Shown in pieces: positions 26,849-34,872 of a stretch of DNA of 34,872 nucleotides (position 1 is its first letter; every line of letters begins with the position of its first letter). The translations under genes and the position numbers were made by a program. Source of the stretch: an uncultured archaeon (lineage in GTDB: Archaea; Asgardarchaeota; Thorarchaeia; Thorarchaeales; Thorarchaeaceae); contig CAYYQL010000025.1 in NCBI GenBank assembly GCA_964473825.1, positions 1-34,872 on the forward strand, read 5' to 3'. Under the pieces are notes generated by a model. It made no database searches. It worked only from the letters and a program-made list of their open reading frames with translations, and was not told where the DNA came from.

Positions 26849-27553
26849 ATGAGAATCAGTGATGAGAAGATCAATGAGCTCATTCTCGAAAGTGAGACCC
26901 ACAGGTGCGAACCCTACGAGTGCTGTGTCCGATTAGTGGCTGTGGCAGATCTTCCAAGCCGATTTGGCGATTTTCAGATCTGTGGCTTTGTGAGTCCGTG
27001 TGATGGTAAGGAGCATACTGCCATCGTCAAGGGCAACATCGTGGGAAAAGAGGGTGTCGTGACTCGGGTTCACTCAGAGTGTCTGACAGGAGACGTCATG
27101 GGTAGTAAGCGTTGTGACTGTAGAGATCAGCTTCTAGAAAGCCTGAAGCGCATTGAGAAGGAGGGAGAGGGCGTTCTGCTGTATCTTCGGCAGGAAGGGC
27201 GTAATATTGGTCTGACAGAGAAGATAAAGGCTTATGCTCTTCAAGATCAAGGCATTGATACAATCGATGCAAATCTGCTTCTAGGTCACCAACCTGATGA
27301 GCGCGACTACGGTGTTGCAGCTCATATCCTTCAGACGCTCGATGTGAAATCAATCAGGCTACTGACAAACAACCCCGAGAAGATTGAGCAGCTGCAGAAG
27401 CACGGTGTCAATATCACTGAGAGACTTCCGCTCATCGCCGAACCTACCGAGTTCAATGCGTTCTATCTCGAAACGAAGAAGGAGAAGGCAGGTCACCTTC
27501 TTGGAGAGCTGGCCGATGTGCACGATATTGCGAAGATAGACAGACTTGCTTAG
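26849..27553 (+). CDS. ribA: GTP cyclohydrolase II
   Basis: RVHSECLTGD-x-GS-RCDC, YLRQEGR, DERDY and LLTNNPEK. Confidence 0.95.
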   Translation: MRISDEKINELILESETHRCEPYECCVRLVAVADLPSRFGDFQICGFVSPCDGKEHTAIVKGNIVGKEGVVTRVHSECLTGDVMGSKRCDCRDQLLESLKRIEKEGEGVLLYLRQEGRNIGLTEKIKAYALQDQGIDTIDANLLLGHQPDERDYGVAAHILQTLDVKSIRLLTNNPEKIEQLQKHGVNITERLPLIAEPTEFNAFYLETKKEKAGHLLGELADVHDIAKIDRLA

Positions 27554-27658
27554 TCGGAAAATGCTCATTCGCTAACGGTGGTTAGATGCTCGCTTCACTA
27601 GGAAACTCATATGCTTTAGTAAGCAGTTCTCTCCCTATCATTTGTCAACCTAGACGGG

Positions 27659-28633
27659 TCAATCCATTTGGGGATTCTTGACAATCTCGTTGAATCGACT
27701 TTGAGACATGTTCCCACCGCTGAGAATAATGACACTCTTCTTCTCATCGAATAGCTGGGGTCTTTCGATAACTAGTGCTGCTCCTGCTGCCCCAGCGCCC
27801 TCTACGACCTCCCCCTTTACGGACCAGAGGATTCTCATTGCCTTCTTGATTGAGTGCTCACTTACTACTAGTATATCATCAACACACTCTAGTATCACAT
27901 CTAGAGTCTTGGAGTCCTTCTCTACGCCCCCAAGAAATGCTTCCGCAATAGTTTCGAACTCCTCAACCTCCACAACTGCTCTGGCTCTGAATGAATGATA
28001 CATCGTTGAAGCTCCCGGTGTTACAACTCCAAGAATCTCTGATGAGGGGTTCGTTTCCTTGATAACTCTCGATATCCCTGCAATCAGCCCGCCGCCTCCG
28101 ACCGGCACAATTACTAGGTCGTAGTCTTTCATCCTTTCATTGATCTCAAGAGCAATAGTGCCTTGTCCGGCCATCACATCGTAGTCGTTGTATGGACTGA
28201 CATATACTCTGCCTTGCTTCTCAGAAAACTCCTGTGCCGTCGATTCGACCTCGTCATATCCACCACTCTGTATGACATTGACATCATACTCTCTCAGTCG
28301 TTGAAGCTTGGTGGCGGTTACATTCTCTGGCAGGAAGATCGTTGCGGGAATCTCGAGCACTCGTGACGCAAATGCTACTCCCAGACCATGATTGCCCGAT
28401 GAGGCTGTCACAACTCCTCTCTGTTTCTCTTCTGGTGTGAGCTGTGCCATCTTGTTCAGTGCCCCCCGAACCTTGAACGAACTTGTGAACTGACGGTTCT
28501 CTAGCTTGAGATAGACTTCACTTTGAGAGATTTCGCTGAGCCTTTCCGAGTGTTCCAAGGGCGTTTTCTTGACGTGACGGGCGATTCTTTGATTTGCTTC
28601 TTCGATATCTTGGAGTCCAAATACGTTCTTCAT
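27659..28633 (-). CDS. PLP-dependent threonine/serine dehydratase (no regulatory domain)
   Basis: KLENRQFTSSFKVRGA, ASSGNHG, GQGTI, VPVGGGGL and LSGGN. Confidence 0.92.
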   Translation of the reverse strand: MKNVFGLQDIEEANQRIARHVKKTPLEHSERLSEISQSEVYLKLENRQFTSSFKVRGALNKMAQLTPEEKQRGVVTASSGNHGLGVAFASRVLEIPATIFLPENVTATKLQRLREYDVNVIQSGGYDEVESTAQEFSEKQGRVYVSPYNDYDVMAGQGTIALEINERMKDYDLVIVPVGGGGLIAGISRVIKETNPSSEILGVVTPGASTMYHSFRARAVVEVEEFETIAEAFLGGVEKDSKTLDVILECVDDILVVSEHSIKKAMRILWSVKGEVVEGAGAAGAALVIERPQLFDEKKSVIILSGGNMSQSRFNEIVKNPQMD

Positions 28634-28675
28634 TCCAGAGCCACCGGTTTTATTGGGAGATTCGACATTCCGACG

Positions 28676-30541
28676 TCAGAGTGATTCTAGGTGTTCCTTT
28701 ATGCAGTCCTCGGAGTTGTCAGCCTTAACGAAGACCGGAACATTGTCAAGACCTGTGGCAATGTAACTTGATAGCAGCCAAGAGCCAGGGGGGAACTCAA
28801 GGGTCTTGTCGAGAATGCTCAGGTCGATTTGGAACGAACTGCTCACCACCGTTCTATCATATGGTCTCGGCAATGTTCCTACGAAGAAAGTATGCAGCTG
28901 CTGCATGATGTTTGTGTTGAGGTAGGCTATCCGCTGTGTAGCAATAGCTCCCCCAAGGCCGTATTTTCGTCCTTGTCGCAGTAATCTCTCGACGGATGAT
29001 GAGCATCGATCGAGTAGCCCCGATGCTTTGGACGGGATGAACTCTTGGGCCTCGTCAAAGACAAAGAGAATCTGAGGTTTTATCTCAAAGCTCCTCTTGC
29101 GATATCTAAGGGCTGCTCCAGTGAGGTTGATGACGAGCTCTCGCAAGATGTCTGGATCAGCAATCGATATGCAGATGACGCGTTCTGGCCCACTGAACAT
29201 GCGAAGGATATCCTTTACCGTAATCCCGGAGCTTGCAGCTTTTTCACCACGTGCGATTGTTGCTTTGAGGCTATCTCTGGTTGTTGCCCAAGCATAGACT
29301 GTCGATCGGTCGCTGACTTTGAACCGCTCTACTGCGTTTTGTGCGCTTGCTGCGAAATCGTTGACAAACGCCTTATCAATAACCTCATTCTGACTCTTGT
29401 CCGCCATTTCCATCCAGCCCACCACAAAATCTGCGACTTCGTCCAGGGCTTGGATATAGTTGGGGCGTCCGGTGCTATCGGACCTTAGAGTCGAAATCTC
29501 CCCTAGTATCGATGAATATGTTGGTATCTGGGTCTGAGGTCTGTTGAAGAACGTGACAATCCCTTTGTCATAGAGACCCTCTAAGGCCTTGTTTGCCCGT
29601 TTGTCCTCTTCAAAGTCTCTTGGTTTCACAATCGCTCTTGAGAAGTGTTCTGCGGTCTTGGCTTCTTCTTCTATGATAATCTTCGACTTGATAGAGTCGT
29701 CAGCGAATACATCTGCAAGAAGAAATGGGTATTCACAGCTGATGTCAAACAAGACGAGCTTAGTATCGTCTGTGTGGTAGAGGATACGCCTGAAGAGATT
29801 CGACAGAAGATTGCTCTTGCCGCCACCGGTAAATGAGAATACTCCGAAGTGGTAACGGATGAGTTTGTACAGGTCAACATAGATTGGCACCTCTGCATCT
29901 GACTCCATGAACATCCGCAAGATGCCAACTCGAGGATCCTTGGTAGGATCTGCGGTTGAGGTCTTTCTCTTGACGCCTAATGCCTGCTTCACTTTTGAGT
30001 TGTATATCTCATCGACAGTCTCCATGTTGATGACATGCACTTTCGAACCAATGAGCGGATACGAGAAACCCTTTCTGAATTCAACTTCGCCCTCTTGATC
30101 GATGACCAGGTCGTAGTTGATGGGAATTGCCGTCATATGGACCATCATTGTAGATTGGTCGTCAGTGCTCCAGTCCGGAACAGCCTGTTCGATGATTTCC
30201 ATCTGCAACGGAAAGTAATGACTATCACTAACGCCACCAAGACCGTAGTGCAGCGGCCAGACCTTTGAGATGACCATGACTGTGTACCTGTCAATTTTCT
30301 CTCTCTCGGACTTCTTTGACTGACCTTTGAAATTCTTGACTGCGAGCATCATTCCTTCTTCTAACTCTGCCATCAACTCTTTGTGATAGCGAATTTTGAT
30401 TCTGCAGTCGTACCTTGCAGCAGACCCCGCCCATTCTGAGGTGTAGTTTGCGGCCACAGGTATAACTCTGGCAAGAACGCCATCGAATGTTCCATCAAAG
30501 TCTGTGAATAGATGCTTAGGCATGTCTCCTTGTTTGCTCAA
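28676..30541 (-). CDS. herA: HerA/FtsK-family ATPase
   Basis: HFGVFSFTGGGKSN (Walker A), FVFDEAQEF (Walker B), RQGRKYGLG and ATQR. Confidence 0.85.
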   Translation of the reverse strand: MSKQGDMPKHLFTDFDGTFDGVLARVIPVAANYTSEWAGSAARYDCRIKIRYHKELMAELEEGMMLAVKNFKGQSKKSEREKIDRYTVMVISKVWPLHYGLGGVSDSHYFPLQMEIIEQAVPDWSTDDQSTMMVHMTAIPINYDLVIDQEGEVEFRKGFSYPLIGSKVHVINMETVDEIYNSKVKQALGVKRKTSTADPTKDPRVGILRMFMESDAEVPIYVDLYKLIRYHFGVFSFTGGGKSNLLSNLFRRILYHTDDTKLVLFDISCEYPFLLADVFADDSIKSKIIIEEEAKTAEHFSRAIVKPRDFEEDKRANKALEGLYDKGIVTFFNRPQTQIPTYSSILGEISTLRSDSTGRPNYIQALDEVADFVVGWMEMADKSQNEVIDKAFVNDFAASAQNAVERFKVSDRSTVYAWATTRDSLKATIARGEKAASSGITVKDILRMFSGPERVICISIADPDILRELVINLTGAALRYRKRSFEIKPQILFVFDEAQEFIPSKASGLLDRCSSSVERLLRQGRKYGLGGAIATQRIAYLNTNIMQQLHTFFVGTLPRPYDRTVVSSSFQIDLSILDKTLEFPPGSWLLSSYIATGLDNVPVFVKADNSEDCIKEHLESL

Positions 30542-32435
30542 CGTCTGACCTCCTCTCTCGAAATGTACTTAGGTAGAATATGAATTCACGAAGCTCTGGT
30601 CGGTTGACAAGCCAGCTTCCTGCGCTTGCTACCATTGAGTTGAATTGATTGAAATAGAATTTGGCTATCTTATCAGCAACGTATAATGGTCTAATATGGC
30701 CGAACAGCTCAGGGATGCTGGGGCTTGTCATCTTCGTAAACAATTGCATGATGAATCTCTGAATAGGGTTGGCCTCACCGTTATAGAACATGGCGTCGAC
30801 TATCTCGGGTTCCTCTGGCCGCCCTCCGTAATCGTGCTTGAGGTTGACTATACACTCTTTACGGTCATCGAATCCTGGGTGTGCGAGGCGGTCATAGAGT
30901 AGCACATTGCTTCTCAGTTTTGGATCAGTCCTTGCTTCTGATAGTTGGAAGTAGGCCTTGAGAAACATCTTATTCAGGGATATCTGATTTCTCCTCGCTC
31001 CGGAAACGAGCTCCTCGCGGCCCTCTAGGTGTGGAACTATGGTCTTGAACGCAGTATCGTATTCAGCCGTGGCCCATGGAACCTCGAGCTTATCTCGCTC
31101 CTTTAGCGAAACCCATTGCAGTATCATTCTGTCTGTATCTGGAACATCAACTCCGGTATCCTGAAAGCCTCCACTGAACTCCTTTGCATGATTCAGCACC
31201 GGGAGAAGCTGACGTTTGAGGTCTCTAGCTGAGGTGTCCTTTGCCACTCCAATTAGTAGCTTGTGCTTCTGCCAGCACTTCATTGCCGCCAAGTTCAAAG
31301 ACACAAGGCTTAGAAATGCCAGGTCGTTCGTCGTAAGCCAGCGAGAATCGATCTTGAACCTGTCTTCGAATGAAACATCAGGGTCCTCGGAGAAGATTCT
31401 CTCACAGATGTCAAAGACAAGCCTCTCTAGTCTGGGTAAAAGGTCGTGCATCGAAGGGACCACCGTGAAGTGTTTTCCTTTTCGCCGTATGACCGCCTTA
31501 GCCTCGCGTTTCCCCTTCATACCCGTTTCCAGTTCCTTGTCTAATCTCTCAAGCTGATGATCGGTGGTGAGCCCAAGTCTGGTTGCAATCTCATCTCTAT
31601 CCAGACCTGTGGGGTACTCCTTGGCAAGTTCCACTACGATTCTTGGAAGAAGGTATTCTCCCCTTGTTGGGGGAATATGCAATTCTTGATTTCCAAAAAG
31701 CTTCCTGGCATACACCCAATCGGTCTTAGAGAATCTCTCTCCCTCTAGTTTGTATCCGATGAGACCACACTCTTTGTCGAGATTGACACGGAAGTCAGAG
31801 GTCTCAGCGTAAAAGGAGCTTAGCTCCGAGGAGAGCATTCGGTCCATCAGCAGAATGTCAACATCATATGGTTCGCTGACAAGCTTGAGAGCAAGATAGA
31901 ACTCTGCAAGCCCCATCATATAGTCTGCAAAAGCTGAGTTGTCGATGATCCAGCTGTCCGTCTGACTGATCATCTCATCCACAGCGCCCTGCTCATCTCG
32001 TATGAGAACTGTTTGGTCTATGTACGGAACCTCGTTGATGTAGACCGGCAGAACAGAGGATATCCCGAGGCCACTGTCGGTGAACTTCTCCTCGTAGACC
32101 AAATCAAACTCCCCGTCCTCTTCTATTCCCATCTGGCCCCTGTGGGCATAGGCCCCTGCAAAGAATATCAAAAGATCGAAGACTGCGTGCTTGCAGACTG
32201 TTCCATCGATGCCTGCAAATGACAGCGTCCGTTTACCAAAGAAATCATCCACAAAAGGCAGGTCCAATGTGTCCTCGTTGTATGAATGCATGAGTTCTGA
32301 GAGAAATGCATCGTAGCTTCCTTCCAGAGCCTCGAAACGAGTCTTATATGATGACACCTGCTCTTTGGCTCCTCCGATGAGGAGATCTCCTGTACGCTTC
32401 AGACGCCTACCGATTTTCGACCCATCTTCATTCAA
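30516..32435 (-). CDS. nurA: NurA-family nuclease with a large insertion
   Basis: FAGIDGT, LLMDR, IGVAKDTS and PLYVADKIAK. Overlaps the herA start. Confidence 0.78.
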   Translation of the reverse strand: MNEDGSKIGRRLKRTGDLLIGGAKEQVSSYKTRFEALEGSYDAFLSELMHSYNEDTLDLPFVDDFFGKRTLSFAGIDGTVCKHAVFDLLIFFAGAYAHRGQMGIEEDGEFDLVYEEKFTDSGLGISSVLPVYINEVPYIDQTVLIRDEQGAVDEMISQTDSWIIDNSAFADYMMGLAEFYLALKLVSEPYDVDILLMDRMLSSELSSFYAETSDFRVNLDKECGLIGYKLEGERFSKTDWVYARKLFGNQELHIPPTRGEYLLPRIVVELAKEYPTGLDRDEIATRLGLTTDHQLERLDKELETGMKGKREAKAVIRRKGKHFTVVPSMHDLLPRLERLVFDICERIFSEDPDVSFEDRFKIDSRWLTTNDLAFLSLVSLNLAAMKCWQKHKLLIGVAKDTSARDLKRQLLPVLNHAKEFSGGFQDTGVDVPDTDRMILQWVSLKERDKLEVPWATAEYDTAFKTIVPHLEGREELVSGARRNQISLNKMFLKAYFQLSEARTDPKLRSNVLLYDRLAHPGFDDRKECIVNLKHDYGGRPEEPEIVDAMFYNGEANPIQRFIMQLFTKMTSPSIPELFGHIRPLYVADKIAKFYFNQFNSMVASAGSWLVNRPELREFIFYLSTFRERRSDVEQTRRHA

Positions 32436-32507
32436 CTATGCTTAGCCACGCCCCATAATGTGTAACCAACATGGTATAATAAGAAGATATCTCGGAAGTG
32501 CCGAGTG

Positions 32508-33764
32508 TCATCTCCCTTCTCGTCCAGACATTTTCATCGTCTTCAGAGCTACTGCAAGTGGAATCAACGCGATTATACCAAGGGATCCCGCTACCATGAA
32601 GAGCGTTCTGAGACTACCTGTGACAGTCCATATCCACGCCCCTACATTTGCAGCAAAAAGGCCAGTAGATGACATTATGATCTGGTAGGTGCTGAGAGCT
32701 CTCCCTTGATGCTCCTTTCTTACACCTTGGACTAAAAGCGTACGTTCAGCTCCAATCCACAACATCACTGGAAAGGCCCATGCACCATTGATGGCGATGA
32801 GGAGAGGAATTCCATTTCCCAGAGCAAGCAGCCACATGATGGCTGCGTTTGCTCCAAGCCCGGTAACAAGCGCACCACGCTTCCTTCTGTCGGCCAGTCC
32901 TGATATGTTGTACATGACTAGTAGTGAAGTTAGAGAGAAAGCACTGTGGGTGAAGGCGTAGATAGATGGTTCTATGCCCCATTCCCCAACGCAGAGGTTT
33001 CCTAGGTAGTAGAATGCCATGTTCCATGTGAATGCAAAGACCAACATTCCGCCGACCAGTTTCCAAAAGTCAGCACCAAGCTCCCTAATGGGGACTCTTG
33101 CACCTTCTCGCGCTCTCTGCTGTATTTCGGTTGGAAGACTCTCTTTGAGCCCCAAAGCCGCGGCAATAAGTGCAGTAGCCGAGCCAAGAGCACCTATCAG
33201 GAGTAGCGTTCTAGCTTCTACACCGAAATTGAGGAGTATACCTGCAAGCACAGGTGATATCCCATCAACCAAGAAAACAGGTAGCAGAACCATTGTGAAC
33301 CGGCGCGCAGAGTCTGCACCTCCGTCAGCTGCAATCTCGTCGGCTGGGATAGCCCGTGATATGATCAGAACGAAGCTCAACCCGAACTGAACGATTCCAT
33401 ACCAAATGGGTATGAGCGGCCAGACTGGATAGGAATAGAGCAAGAAGAGCCCCAGAGTCATCGGCAAAAATGCCATCAGCATGGTACGGCGTCTGCCTAT
33501 CATGTCTGAGACCATGCCCGAGATTGGATACCCTAGTATTCCAACTAGGAGGCCTATGGTGACATTCAGACCTATTTGCCATGGCTGAAGAATCGCCTCC
33601 AGAAAGATTGTGAACTGCCAGAACCATATACTGATTGAGAAGTGAGCCACTCCGGTCACAATTGCCAGTCTCCAGAGATTGGGACTCAATCCTAGAAACG
33701 ACTGAGCAGGCGGCATTCCATCGAGTCCAGTAGTTCCAGGTCGATGCATGGTTCTTACGGCCAA
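32508..33764 (-). CDS. MFS transporter
   Basis: About 12 TM segments; GMVSDMIGRRR (motif A), GLADRRKR and QGRA. Confidence 0.92.
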   Translation of the reverse strand: MAVRTMHRPGTTGLDGMPPAQSFLGLSPNLWRLAIVTGVAHFSISIWFWQFTIFLEAILQPWQIGLNVTIGLLVGILGYPISGMVSDMIGRRRTMLMAFLPMTLGLFLLYSYPVWPLIPIWYGIVQFGLSFVLIISRAIPADEIAADGGADSARRFTMVLLPVFLVDGISPVLAGILLNFGVEARTLLLIGALGSATALIAAALGLKESLPTEIQQRAREGARVPIRELGADFWKLVGGMLVFAFTWNMAFYYLGNLCVGEWGIEPSIYAFTHSAFSLTSLLVMYNISGLADRRKRGALVTGLGANAAIMWLLALGNGIPLLIAINGAWAFPVMLWIGAERTLLVQGVRKEHQGRALSTYQIIMSSTGLFAANVGAWIWTVTGSLRTLFMVAGSLGIIALIPLAVALKTMKMSGREGR

Positions 33765-33874
33765 TTCCCTGCTTCATGTAAACCTCTTAAATCGGTATCC
33801 GTATACGCGACTCTGTCTGAACGACCTTTGAAGTGAGTCAGACCTCTCTTTAGAGGGTGTCCCCCACAATCGCA

Positions 33875-34872
33875 TCAAGATTTTCTCTTGACACGAACTG
33901 CCACTACGAGCAAGACCACGATTGCCGCTCCTGCACCTGCTAAGAGTATAGCCAGTGGTAGCAAAGGATCCATGACCGGTTCTGTCGTTGTCGTAGTAGT
34001 GGTAGTTTCGGTCGCAGTGGTCGTGGTTGTCGTAGTAGTTGTGGTGGTCGTGGTGGATGGTTGCACGGTAACGAAGACGGTGCCACCTATGTTGTTGCTT
34101 GAGGTATCATAGACCACAAGTGTGTAGTTATAGATGCCTACAGAGAGGTTTTCCACGCTGATTGTTATCTGCAAGGCATCCCAATCACTACCCTCTATCA
34201 GAGAGCCATTTCTGTATAGCTCATATCGGGATGGGTTCGTGTCCGAGGGACTCCAGGTGATATTGTGACCTGTAGTGCCTTCCTCATACTCAATGTTATC
34301 AGGAACGTCTATCGTCGGAGGAGTAGTGTCCACTACAGTCACGAACACAGTGTCACTGTTCCAGTTGTCAGCTGTGTCACGGACTACAAGGGTGTAGTTG
34401 TAGGTGCCCAAAGTCAAGCCATCGACACTGACCAGTATTTCAGATCCAGTCCACTGATTGGAATCGCTCAATGAACTATTGACATATAGTTCATACCTGT
34501 CAGGGTACAAATCGGATGAGTTCCAAGTGATATTGTGACCTGTAGTGCCTTCTTCATAGTCAACATCCTCAGGACTGTCTATGGTCGGAGGAGTAGTGTC
34601 ACCCACGGAAACAAATACAGTGTCACTGTTGCAGTTGTCAGAGGTGTCATAGACAATAATGGTATAGTTGTAGGTGCCTAGATCTAAGCCGTCAACCTCA
34701 GCGAGTATTTGAGAGCCATTCCAGTCACTACCCTCTATCAGAGAGCCATTCCTGTACAGCTCATACCTATCAGGATACAGATCGGAGGGACTCCACGTAA
34801 TGCTGTGGCCCGTCGTACCAGCTTCGTATTCAATATCTTCAGGGCTGTCAATTGTCGGGTCAGTCGTGTCCA
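33875..34872 (-). CDS. Cell-surface protein with tandem 90-aa Ig-like repeats, Thr-rich stalk and TM anchor (5' end outside the window)
   Basis: The frame stays open from base 34870 through 34606 (DTTDPTIDSPEDIEYEAGTTGHSITW…). A poly-Thr linker, TM helix and KRKS tail follow. Confidence 0.9.
   Translation of the reverse strand, partial: DTTDPTIDSPEDIEYEAGTTGHSITWSPSDLYPDRYELYRNGSLIEGSDWNGSQILAEVDGLDLGTYNYTIIVYDTSDNCNSDTVFVSVGDTTPPTIDSPEDVDYEEGTTGHNITWNSSDLYPDRYELYVNSSLSDSNQWTGSEILVSVDGLTLGTYNYTLVVRDTADNWNSDTVFVTVVDTTPPTIDVPDNIEYEEGTTGHNITWSPSDTNPSRYELYRNGSLIEGSDWDALQITISVENLSVGIYNYTLVVYDTSSNNIGGTVFVTVQPSTTTTTTTTTTTTTATETTTTTTTTEPVMDPLLPLAILLAGAGAAIVVLLVVAVRVKRKS
34061..34870. repeat. Three intragenic 270-bp tandem repeat units
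   Basis: The DTT-P-T-I-D-coding block recurs at 34321-34330, 34591-34600 and 34861-34870, an exact 270-bp period. Confidence 0.9.

Noticed and set aside
33985-34056. GTN-rich low-complexity tract as a non-coding repeat
   Set aside because: It is the antisense of the poly-Thr stalk of the surface protein.
240-34474. The many 60-160 aa antisense or alternate-frame ORFs in the track
   Set aside because: They are shadows of longer motif-bearing genes and have no recognisable motifs or start signals.

Overview
The window looks archaeal and is probably from an Asgard (Thorarchaeota-like) genome. That is inferred from several longin-domain proteins, mtd, AOR and the 90-aa Ig-like surface repeats. 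It has two parts. (1) About 1-12.67 kb is an accessory, provirus-like defence island. It holds a partial radical SAM gene, an adenine MTase with an altered catalytic motif (DPPS), a coupled three-gene operon (GHKL/MORC ATPase, MTase-fold-like protein, HEPN-like protein), a DUF262 + HEPN pair, a Type II R-M pair, four small membrane proteins and a divergent wHTH/Zn-ribbon switch with palindromic operators. A diverged ~160-bp direct repeat brackets the MTase + GHKL block. The island abuts a glycyl-radical enzyme gene that is truncated at the junction. (2) About 12.68-34.87 kb looks like host chromosome: a small MobB-C-like ORF and AOR, GNAT, a MinD-like ATPase downstream of two paralogous longin + tandem winged-helix proteins (NPRL2/NPRL3-like architecture), an MFS-like/HhH fusion, mtd, a longin/uDENN-like + multi-Zn-ribbon protein, Ig-repeat surface proteins, NTPase, an FrhB-like protein, ribA, a threonine dehydratase-like gene, stand-alone nurA-herA and an MFS transporter. 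The best candidates for undescribed systems are the longin-wHTH pair + MinD operon and the GHKL operon + DPPS-MTase cassette. All assignments come from reading motifs by eye; no database searches were run.
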